From: Candidatus Eiseniibacteriota bacterium
GTDB lineage: Bacteria > Eisenbacteria > RBG-16-71-46 > SZUA-252
DNA length: 18,407 nucleotides
Assembly: GCA_031370645.1 (NCBI GenBank)
Contig: JANMQV010000018.1
Coordinates: 1 to 18,407, forward strand
Direction: 5' to 3'
Part shown: one piece after another, positions 10,113-17,238 of the stretch
Layout: each line of letters begins with the position of its first letter
Numbering within the stretch: position 1 is the first letter of the stretch
Notes under the pieces: generated by a model
What the model was told of the DNA's origin: nothing
Seen by the model: only the letters and a program-made list of their open reading frames with translations
Database searches by the model: none
Translations under genes and position numbers: made by a program

Positions 10113-10853
10113 TCAGGATTTTGATTCCGGCGTCGCGTCGAAACGCTCCGCCGCGTCGAGCAATCGTTGCACCACGTCGCGCGCTCCCGCAAAGAGCGCG
10201 GCCGATTCGAGAGGAGGCCGCTCTCCAGGCGGCAACAAGATCTGTTGTAGCGACTCCGCTGAGATTCCGAAGCGGAGGGCGGTCTTCGCCGCGAGGTCGA
10301 TTCGCGTCGTCGGAATCGTCTCTCCCACCAGGTGGAGGAGTCCCGAGGCGGACGCCGCGATGGCGGTCCCCGCGCGCATCGCCCAGTGTCGCGCGCCGCC
10401 CGGCGTGCGGACCGCGTCGAGATACGACCAGGCCAAGGCGAGGCTCTGGGTCCGGAGTGTCCGCTCGACCTGCAGTCGGAGCGCCGCGCGATCGACGACG
10501 AGCGCCGCGAACGGATCGGGGCCGTGAAGCGGCACGTGGTGCGCTCGGATCAGCACGTACTCGAGCGGAAACGTGTCGAGCGATGTCGCGAGGATCTCCG
10601 GCGTGAGAAGGAGTGGCCGAACGAGCCGCCGCTTCCGCCAGATGCGATGCGCCGGCGCCAGTGCCTGGAGGAGTGCTGCGTCGAGCGTCGTCAGTACGAA
10701 CGCCACGTTCAGATCGGAACGACTGGGATGGAATGTCCCCGTGGCGGCGCTTCCATAAAGCGTCGCGCTCACCATTCGTTCGCCGACGGCGCTCCGCGCG
10801 GCTTCCACCGCGTCGCGCACCGCGCTCTGGGGGTCGAATCTTCGCCAGCTCAT
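10113..10853 (-). CDS. Pol-beta-like nucleotidyltransferase-fold protein (MNT-like N-terminus plus helical C-terminus) with an atypical active site
   Basis: 246 aa with TLYGSAATG...SDLNV (GS motif followed by DxN instead of DxD), DTFPLEY and LHGPDP. Its ATG directly abuts the TPM stop (TAGATG). Confidence 0.75.
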   Translation of the reverse strand: MSWRRFDPQSAVRDAVEAARSAVGERMVSATLYGSAATGTFHPSRSDLNVAFVLTTLDAALLQALAPAHRIWRKRRLVRPLLLTPEILATSLDTFPLEYVLIRAHHVPLHGPDPFAALVVDRAALRLQVERTLRTQSLALAWSYLDAVRTPGGARHWAMRAGTAIAASASGLLHLVGETIPTTRIDLAAKTALRFGISAESLQQILLPPGERPPLESAALFAGARDVVQRLLDAAERFDATPESKS

Positions 10854-11696
10854 CTAGAATCCTCCGCTCGCGCCGCCGCCGCCGCTACTTCCGCCGCCGA
10901 AACCTCCAAAACCGCCGCCGCCTCCACCACCGCCACCTCCTCCGAATCCTCCCATGCCTCCCCAGCCGCCGCCGAATCCTCCCCAGGGATCGCGAGGCCC
11001 GCGCCGCCCCGTCTGCCAGTCGCGGTAAGGGCCGCGCCCGCCGAATCGAGAGGTGAGGCGCGAGATGGTCGTGAACAAGAAAAGCATGAACACGAACATG
11101 ACGAGCAGGACCCACGCGGGCGTTTCCTTGCCGTTCCGACCGACCGCCGGTGGCTCGATGCTACCGATGATCGTCACGCCGCGGTCCGCCGCGATCGCTC
11201 CCGCCACAGCCCGCGCACCGGCCAGGAGCCCCGGGCCGTAATTTCCGGCGGAGAGATCGGGCCCCATGACGCGCCGAATGATCCCCCCGCTACGACCGTC
11301 GGGGAGGATCCCCTCGACACCGTAGCCCGGTTCGATCCGAACTTTCCGTTCCTCCAGCGCGAGGAGGATGAGGACGCCGTCGTCCTTGTCCGAGCCGCCG
11401 ATTCCCCACTGCTTGAAGAGGGCGGTCGCGGCAGGATCGATCGTTTCCCCGCCCAGGTCCCGGAGCGTGACGACGGCGAGTTCCGCCCCCGTCTTCTCCC
11501 GAAGTTCCTTCGCCAGGGAGGTGATCGAGTCGGCCGACGCCGCATCGACGATTTGAGCGAAGTCGCTCAGGTAGCCGATCGGAGCGGGGTAGGCGGCGTT
11601 CGCTCTGGCCGGAAGCACGGCGGCGGCGCCCGCGAACAGAAGCGTCGCGAAGACAAGAGTCGCGAGCGCGAGCCCGGCGGCGCTGCCGCCCCGCAC
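10854..11696 (-). CDS. TPM domain protein (YgcG/TLP18.3 family) with a TM helix and Gly-rich tail
   Basis: Signal peptide, YLSDFAQIV, ELAVVT, LFKQWGIG...DDGVLILLA..ERKVRIEPGYGVEGILPD, a TM helix and a GGFGGFGGGSSGGGGASGGF tail. Start moved to GTG 11696 (280 aa) to avoid overlapping yajQ. Confidence 0.92.
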   Translation of the reverse strand: MRGGSAAGLALATLVFATLLFAGAAAVLPARANAAYPAPIGYLSDFAQIVDAASADSITSLAKELREKTGAELAVVTLRDLGGETIDPAATALFKQWGIGGSDKDDGVLILLALEERKVRIEPGYGVEGILPDGRSGGIIRRVMGPDLSAGNYGPGLLAGARAVAGAIAADRGVTIIGSIEPPAVGRNGKETPAWVLLVMFVFMLFLFTTISRLTSRFGGRGPYRDWQTGRRGPRDPWGGFGGGWGGMGGFGGGGGGGGGGGFGGFGGGSSGGGGASGGF

Positions 11697-11703
11697 CCGA
11701 CCG

Positions 11704-12201
11704 CTAACTGGATCGGAAATTCGTGAATTGGAGATCAATGCCGAAATCCTGGGTCTTCAACTGGTGCATGATCGCCTGAAGGTCGTCCCGTTTCTTTCCG
11801 GAAACGCGGACCTGGTCCTCCTGGATCGCCGCCTGGACCTTCACGCCCGTCCCCTTGATGAACTTCACGATCTCCTTCGCCTTCTCGGAGGCGATTCCCT
11901 TCTTGATCGTCACGGCCTGGCGGACGGATCCCTTGGCGGCCGGCTGAATCGCGCCGTAGTCGAGCGCCTTCAGCGAAACGCCCCGCTTCGCGAGCTTCGT
12001 CTGCAAGATGTCGATCACCGACTTCAGCTTCGTCTCGTCGTCCGAGGTGAGGGTCAGGATCTCCTTCTCGAGCGTGATGTCGCTGACGCTCGCCTTGAAG
12101 TCGAATCGTTGGCGAATCTCCTTCATCGCCTGCTGGACGGCGTTCGACACCTCCATCAGATCGACTTCGGAAACGACGTCGAACGAGTTGTCCGCGGCCA
12201 T
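11704..12201 (-). CDS. yajQ: YajQ family nucleotide / cyclic-di-GMP-binding protein
   Basis: 165 aa with SFDVVSEVD, NAVQQA.KEI.QRFDFK, KVQAAIQEDQVRVSGKKRDDLQ and LQFTNFR. SD GAGGAG. Confidence 0.96.
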   Translation of the reverse strand: MAADNSFDVVSEVDLMEVSNAVQQAMKEIRQRFDFKASVSDITLEKEILTLTSDDETKLKSVIDILQTKLAKRGVSLKALDYGAIQPAAKGSVRQAVTIKKGIASEKAKEIVKFIKGTGVKVQAAIQEDQVRVSGKKRDDLQAIMHQLKTQDFGIDLQFTNFRSS

Positions 12202-12250
12202 GGCCGTCGCTCCTCGCGTGAGTGGTCGCCGGGCCGCGTTCGGCCCGGGG

Positions 12251-12293
12251 ATAAAGAAACGGGAAGCGTCGCCGCTCGGCGTCCGCTTCCCGT
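12251..12293 (-). terminator. Intrinsic terminator between the lipoprotein gene and yajQ
   Basis: 10-bp stem ACGGGAAGCG/CGCTTCCCGT with an additional inner CGCC/GGCG stem, followed on the minus strand by TTCTTTAT. Confidence 0.75.
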
Positions 12294-12383
12294 CAGTACT
12301 GCACGCTACTCTATGCGATTGGCAAGATCCCGATCATTGCAAGTAGCGGTGGCCCGCCCGTCGCCGGGCGGGTCGGCTGATTC

Positions 12384-12596
12384 TTAGTGCCCGCCCATCG
12401 TCGTATCGGGACTCGTCGTCGTCGTCGTGGTCGTCGTCGTGGTCGTCGACATCGAGTCGCCCGTAGCCGGCATCGAACTATCCATGCCCTGCTCCGTGCT
12501 GGTCTCGGCCGCCTCCTCCTTCTTGTTACAGCCCAACGCGAAAACCAGCGCGAGGGCAAACACGAGAACGAGCGTCACGGTAAGAAGCTTCTTCAT
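12384..12596 (-). CDS. Small Thr/Ser-rich lipoprotein (70 aa)
   Basis: Very strong SD GGAGGGAGGTGA before ATG 12596. The product is MKK + hydrophobic core + FALG-C23, then NKKEEAA...T11...MGGH. Confidence 0.85.
   Translation of the reverse strand: MKKLLTVTLVLVFALALVFALGCNKKEEAAETSTEQGMDSSMPATGDSMSTTTTTTTTTTTSPDTTMGGH
12414..12446 (-). repeat. (ACG/ACC)11 trinucleotide tract encoding poly-Thr
   Basis: Plus strand (CGT)5-GGT-(CGT)3-GGT-CGT. Confidence 0.9.
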
Positions 12597-12675
12597 CTTG
12601 CTATCACCTCCCTCCAGTTGTATTTCTGACTTTCCCAAATCTATCTAGCGGCGTTCGCAGAGCCCCACCCCCGAT

Positions 12676-12706
12676 AAAGCAAAACACCACTGCGAACAGC
12701 GGTGCC
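12676..12706 (-). terminator. Intrinsic terminator-like hairpin upstream of the lipoprotein gene
   Basis: Minus strand GCACCGCTG-TTCG-CAGTGGTGT (9 bp including two G-U pairs, UUCG loop) followed by TTTGCTTT. Confidence 0.6.
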
Positions 12707-12783
12707 GGGCGTGGTCTGCATCGATGTTTTATCCCTTCCTGGGACAAGCCCTGAACGGCCTCCCCAAAACGAAACCGCGTTGG

Positions 12784-12813
12784 ACGGTACGTTCTAGCCG
12801 AACGGGGTGTCAA
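12784..12813 (-). promoter_or_regulatory. Putative sigma70-type promoter
   Basis: Perfect TTGACA (12813-12808), an 18-nt spacer, then TACCGT (12789-12784). Confidence 0.5.
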
Positions 12814-12825
12814 GGTCGATTTTGA

Positions 12826-13965
12826 CTAGAGGACGGAGAGGGCGCGCTCCAGATCCGCCTGCAAATCGGAGAGATCTTCGATACCGACGGAAATCCTTAC
12901 GAGACCGTCAGTTAGGCCGGCCTTCTCGCGCTCCACGCGGGGGACCGAGGCGTGGGTCATCGTGGCGGGATGGCTGATGAGGCTCTCGACGCCTCCAAGG
13001 CTCTCGGCGAGGGCGAAGAGGCGGGTTCCTTTGAGCACCTGGGCGCCCCGCTCCAGACTTCCGGTGTCGAAGGCGATCATCCCGCCGAATCCGGAGGCCT
13101 GGCGCTGATGGAGTTCGTGCCCGGGGTGGGTCGGAAGTCCGGGGTAATAGACCTTCTTCAACTTCGGGTGCTTAGCCAGCCAGGCGGCGATGACCCGAGC
13201 GTTGGCGTCGTGGCGTTCCATGCGGACCGGAAGCGTTTTCAGCCCCCGAAGCACGAGCCAGCAGTCGAACGGCCCCGGCACCGCGCCGACGGCGTTCTGG
13301 AGGAACTGAACCCGCTCCGTGATCGCCGGCTCGTTCGAGATGAGCGCTCCGCCCACCATGTCGCTGTGGCCGTTCAGATACTTGGTCGTGCTGTGGACCA
13401 CCAGGTGCGCCCCCAGCTCCAGCGGCCGCTGGAAATAGGGCGTCATGAAGGTGTTGTCGACGCAAAGCCAAGCCCCCTTCGAGCGCGCCCATTTCGCGAG
13501 CGCCCGGAGGTCGGAGATGATCATCGATGGGTTCGTCGGCGTTTCGACGAAGAGCAGTTTCGTATTCGGCTTCCACGCGGCCTCGACGGCGGGGAGGTCG
13601 GCGGTGTTCACGTAGGTGAATTCCACCCCGTTGTGCGCCACGACCTGGTCGAAGAGTCGGAAGGTCCCACCGTACATGTTGTTCGAAGCCACGACGTGGT
13701 CCCGCGGGCGAAGGAGCTGCGTGACGGTGGTGGTGGCGGCCATGCCGGAGCCGAACGCGAATCCGCGCTCGCCCTTTTCCAGCGTGGCGAGGCAGCGTTC
13801 AAGCGCGAGACGCGTCGGATTCTGCGTCCGGGCGTACTCGAAACCGCGGTGTTTCCCCAGCTCCTCCTGCACATACGTGGAGGTCTGGTAGATCGGCGTC
13901 GTGATGGCGCCGGTGCTCGGATCGGGCTCCTGCCCGGCGTGAATGGCGTCGGTCGCGAATCCCAT
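12826..13965 (-). CDS. metB: Cystathionine gamma-lyase/gamma-synthase (Cys/Met metabolism PLP enzyme)
   Basis: Start reassigned to ATG 13965 (MGFATDAIHAGQ, 379 aa). Motifs PIYQTSTY, YARTQNPTR, SGMAA, ETPTNP, DNTF, HSTTKYLNGHSD (PLP lysine), AESLGGVESL and RISVGIE. It starts 2 nt after the cbs stop. Confidence 0.93.
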   Translation of the reverse strand: MGFATDAIHAGQEPDPSTGAITTPIYQTSTYVQEELGKHRGFEYARTQNPTRLALERCLATLEKGERGFAFGSGMAATTTVTQLLRPRDHVVASNNMYGGTFRLFDQVVAHNGVEFTYVNTADLPAVEAAWKPNTKLLFVETPTNPSMIISDLRALAKWARSKGAWLCVDNTFMTPYFQRPLELGAHLVVHSTTKYLNGHSDMVGGALISNEPAITERVQFLQNAVGAVPGPFDCWLVLRGLKTLPVRMERHDANARVIAAWLAKHPKLKKVYYPGLPTHPGHELHQRQASGFGGMIAFDTGSLERGAQVLKGTRLFALAESLGGVESLISHPATMTHASVPRVEREKAGLTDGLVRISVGIEDLSDLQADLERALSVL

Positions 13966-13967
13966 GG

Positions 13968-15398
13968 CTATGGCGCCACGTATTCGAGGAGGTCGTAGCG
14001 CGTCAAGATGCCGACCGGCTTCCCTTGCGCGTCGGTCGCGACGGCCGCGTTGCTCCCCGCGAGGAGCTTGAACACTTGCGGCAGGGTGGCGTCCATCGAG
14101 ACGGTGGGGAGCGGCTTCTCGAGCAGGTACTCCACGCGAGCGTCCTCCGCCACCGTGCCGCCCAAGATCTTCTGGAAGAGAGCTCCCTCGGAGACCGACC
14201 CGACCACCGAGCCGTCCTTCAATACCGGCAACTGCGAAATGTTGAATTCGCGAATGAGCGCGAGGGCGCGAGCCACCGGCTCGTCGAAATTGACCGAGAC
14301 GAGCGACGGCACGCGAGTTCCCTTCCCGCGAATGACGGCGTGCACCGAGATGGCCGCCGACTCCAGGAGCCGGTTGTCCCTCATCCATTCGTCCGAGTGG
14401 ACCTTGGAGAGGTAGCGCTCGCCGGTGTCGGGAATGAGGACGACGACCGTCTCCCCTTCCTTCGCGCGGCGCGCGACGTCGAGCGCCGCGTGAAGCGCGG
14501 TCCCCGCCGAGCCGCCCGCGAGAATTCCCTCCTCGCGCGCCAGGCGACGAGCCAGGTTCAGCGACTGCGCGTCGGTCACCTGAATGATCTCATCGATCAC
14601 GGAGAAATCGTACACGGAGGGGATGAAGTCCTCTCCGATCCCTTCCACCTTATAGGACTTCGCCGGAACCATCTTCTTCGTGTAGAAGTAGTCCTTCAAG
14701 ATCGAGCCGACCGGATCGGCGCCGACGATCTTCACGTTCGGATTCTGCGACTTCAAGTATCGCGCCGTTCCGGTGATCGTGCCGCCGGTCCCCATTCCCG
14801 CCACGAAGTAGTTGATCGTGCCGCCGGTCTGCCGCCAGATCTCCGGCCCGGTGCTCTTCTGGTGCGCTTCCGGATTCGTCGGGTTGTGATACTGGTTCGC
14901 CAGGTAGGCGCCGGGAATCTCGCGCGCCAGCCGCTTCGCCACTTCGTAGTACGACTCCGGCGAATCGGGCGGCACCGCGGTCGGCGTAATCACCACTTCG
15001 GCGCCGAACGCCTTGAGGAGGTTTCCCTTTTCCACGCTCACCTTGTCGGGCATGCAGAGGATCGCGCGATAGCCCTTCACGGCGGCGACCATGGCGAGCC
15101 CCGTTCCGGTGTTGCCGGAGGTCGCCTCGATGATCGTGCCGCCCGGCTTCAGGAGTCCCTTCGCTTCGGCTTCGGCCACGATGGCGACCGCGATGCGATC
15201 CTTCACCGAGCCGCCCGGATTGAAGTACTCGACCTTTGCCAGCACGGTCGCCTTGCAGTCGCGCGTAAGACGGTTCAGCCGGACGAGCGGCGTGTCGCCG
15301 ATCGTCTCGAGGATGTTGTTGTAGATCATGGGAGCGGGAGGGCCGCCCGGGGTCCGCGAGTGCGCGGAGGGGGCCGACGTATCGGTCGTGCGGTTCAC
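13968..15398 (-). CDS. cbs: Cystathionine beta-synthase (PLP domain plus C-terminal CBS pair)
   Basis: IGDTPLVRL, KVEYFNPGGSVKDR (PLP lysine), EATSGNTG, NQYHNP, GMGTGGT, VEGIG, PDTGERYLSK and tandem CBS domains (ISQLPV, GILTRYDLL). The start is ambiguous: GTG 15398 or ATG 15329. Confidence 0.92.
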   Translation of the reverse strand: MNRTTDTSAPSAHSRTPGGPPAPMIYNNILETIGDTPLVRLNRLTRDCKATVLAKVEYFNPGGSVKDRIAVAIVAEAEAKGLLKPGGTIIEATSGNTGTGLAMVAAVKGYRAILCMPDKVSVEKGNLLKAFGAEVVITPTAVPPDSPESYYEVAKRLAREIPGAYLANQYHNPTNPEAHQKSTGPEIWRQTGGTINYFVAGMGTGGTITGTARYLKSQNPNVKIVGADPVGSILKDYFYTKKMVPAKSYKVEGIGEDFIPSVYDFSVIDEIIQVTDAQSLNLARRLAREEGILAGGSAGTALHAALDVARRAKEGETVVVLIPDTGERYLSKVHSDEWMRDNRLLESAAISVHAVIRGKGTRVPSLVSVNFDEPVARALALIREFNISQLPVLKDGSVVGSVSEGALFQKILGGTVAEDARVEYLLEKPLPTVSMDATLPQVFKLLAGSNAAVATDAQGKPVGILTRYDLLEYVAP

Positions 15399-15443
15399 GG
15401 TAGGTCTCGCCGTTGAGGTGGAAAGGGGTAGACGTTCCCTTCC

Positions 15444-15473
15444 ACGCTACGGCCCCGGGCAGGGCCGGGTCAA
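15444..15473 (-). promoter_or_regulatory. Putative sigma70-type promoter for cbs-metB
   Basis: TTGACC (15473-15468), an 18-nt spacer, then TAGCGT (15449-15444), in the gap between the response regulator and cbs. Confidence 0.4.
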
Positions 15474-15521
15474 GATGGGACTTCCCGCGCGGCTCGAGGC
15501 GCGCGACGGCGGGGCACCGCG

Positions 15522-15920
15522 TTATGACGAGACGGAGGAAGCCTTAAGCAGGGCCTCGATATGGGTCAAGATTTCGCTGAACTCGTACGGCTTCGTGATG
15601 AAGCGGTTCGCCCCCATCTCCTTCGCCAGCGCCTGGTCCCCTTCCTGGGTCCGGGCCGACAGGATGATGATCGGAATCTGCCGGTAGCGTTCGTCGAACT
15701 TGAGAAGGCGGCAAACCTTGTAACCGTCCAATTTCGGGAGCATGAGGTCGAGCAGAATGATGTCGGGGCGAATCTCCCGGGCCTTCTTCAGCCCCTCCTG
15801 TCCGTCCGCCGCGATTTCCACCTGGTAGCCGGCCGCCCGAAGTCCGAACTCGAGAATCCGGATCAGATCGGGTTCGTCGTCCACCACCAGAACGCGCGCG
15901 CGGGGCGTCTCCTCGGTCAT
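15522..15920 (-). CDS. Single-domain response regulator (receiver only)
   Basis: 132 aa with VLVVDDE, phosphoacceptor LLDLMLP, ILSA and ITKP. No output domain. SD GGGAGGA, 10 nt after the secretin stop. Confidence 0.93.
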   Translation of the reverse strand: MTEETPRARVLVVDDEPDLIRILEFGLRAAGYQVEIAADGQEGLKKAREIRPDIILLDLMLPKLDGYKVCRLLKFDERYRQIPIIILSARTQEGDQALAKEMGANRFITKPYEFSEILTHIEALLKASSVSS

Positions 15921-15930
15921 GACATCCTCC

Positions 15931-17238
15931 CTAGGGGCTGATCAGATGCGGCGTAATGAAGATCATGAGGTCGACTTTCTGCTTCGTCGTCGACGTGTGC
16001 TTGAAGAGCGCGCCGAGAATCGGAATGTCTCCCAGGAACGGCACCTTGCGCGTCGTCTTCATTTCGACTTCCTTGATGAGTCCCCCGATCATGACCGTCT
16101 CCCCGCCCTTCATCACCACCTGGGTCGAAGCGGAACGGGTCGCCGTCACGGGGCGCTCGTTGAACTGCCCGCGGTACTCGAGGATCTCGCTGATCTCCGG
16201 GCTGACGGAGAGTACGATCGAGCTGTCGGCACCGATGTGCGGTGTGACCAGGAGACGAACGCCCACCTTCTTCTCATCGTAGCCCGTGATTTCCAAGATG
16301 CCGGTCTCGCGCTGCCGCTCGTAGCGCGCGATGGGGACCACGGTGCCGACGACGATCTCCGCCTGCTGATTGTCGAGCGTTGTCACCTTTGGCGCCGAGA
16401 CGAGGTTCGTGCTCGACTGCTGCTTCAGAAGCTCGAGCGCGACCGAGAATTCCTGAAACGAGAGTTTCCCGAACGTGAAGTCGCCGGGCGAGGCGTACGG
16501 GAACGACTGCCCGGGCGGGAAGGCCGGTCCGCCACCGCCGATCTGATTGTTCGGATTCGACTCCGCCGTGAAGTCGCCGCTCCCCGCGCTCTTCGGGAAG
16601 GGGAACGTGTGCGGCATCACCGCCCCCTTCGCGCTCGCGCGCACCTGCCAGTCGAGTCCCAGGCGTTCGTCCGTGCCGAGCGTGGTTTCCACGAGTTTCG
16701 CTTCGATCGCGATCAGTTGCGGGCGCTTGTCGAGCTGCGCCAGCACGCGCCCCACGGCCTCGAGTCGTGCCGGCGTGTCGGTCACGATGAGGGCGTTCTC
16801 TCGCGTGGAGGAGGAAGCGGGCGAACCGGCGCCCCCTCCCGAGAACGGCGCCACGAAGCCCTTCTCGCTCACGACCTTCGCCACCGCGTCCGCCGCGGCC
16901 TTCGGATCGAGATAGCGGAGCGTGAAGACCTCCGAGCGAAGCACGGAGGAATTGACGACGAGCACCTTGCCATCGATTCGATATTCGCACCCCGTCGCCT
17001 CGGCCACGTAGGAGACCGCCTGTTCGAACGTGAGGTCGCTCAAGTTGGCCGAGAACGATCCCGAGACGGGGGCGCCCATGACGAACGAGTATCCGAATTG
17101 CGCCGCGACGAGCCGCAACGCGTCTTGCGCGCGCGTGTCCTTGAACGAGAAGGAGGCCGTGGCGCCGTCTCGGGCGCCGGCGGGAGTCCCCGTCGTGAGC
17201 GTCGCCACGAGGGCGAAGAGTGCGACGAGCCGCCTCAT
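15931..17238 (-). CDS. Secretin (PilQ/GspD family)
   Basis: 435 aa with a signal peptide, an N0/STN-like domain, one N3-like domain (NALIVTD...LDKRPQLIAIEAKLVE) and the secretin core (SAPKVTTLDNQQAEI.VG, GETVMIGGL, KVPFLGDIPILGALFK, LMIFITP). Confidence 0.93.
   Translation of the reverse strand: MRRLVALFALVATLTTGTPAGARDGATASFSFKDTRAQDALRLVAAQFGYSFVMGAPVSGSFSANLSDLTFEQAVSYVAEATGCEYRIDGKVLVVNSSVLRSEVFTLRYLDPKAAADAVAKVVSEKGFVAPFSGGGAGSPASSSTRENALIVTDTPARLEAVGRVLAQLDKRPQLIAIEAKLVETTLGTDERLGLDWQVRASAKGAVMPHTFPFPKSAGSGDFTAESNPNNQIGGGGPAFPPGQSFPYASPGDFTFGKLSFQEFSVALELLKQQSSTNLVSAPKVTTLDNQQAEIVVGTVVPIARYERQRETGILEITGYDEKKVGVRLLVTPHIGADSSIVLSVSPEISEILEYRGQFNERPVTATRSASTQVVMKGGETVMIGGLIKEVEMKTTRKVPFLGDIPILGALFKHTSTTKQKVDLMIFITPHLISP

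Noticed and set aside
10113-10853. CBASS CD-NTase or MNT-HEPN toxin-antitoxin interpretation
   Set aside because: The protein is short for a CD-NTase, lacks the DxD triad, and has no effector or HEPN toxin gene nearby. The neighbours are LemA/TPM genes.
10860-10985. CCG/CCA/CCT-rich repetitive tract
   Set aside because: It encodes the usual Gly-rich C-terminal tail of TPM/YgcG proteins.
12691-12707. Sigma54-like CGGCAC-N5-TTCGC on the minus strand
   Set aside because: The GG-to-GC spacing is 11 rather than the strict 10 nt, and the sequence is better explained as a terminator hairpin.
13966-14388. N-terminal extension making metB 520 aa
   Set aside because: It overlaps the CBS domains of cbs out of frame. 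Family similarity begins at MGFATDAIHAG (13965).
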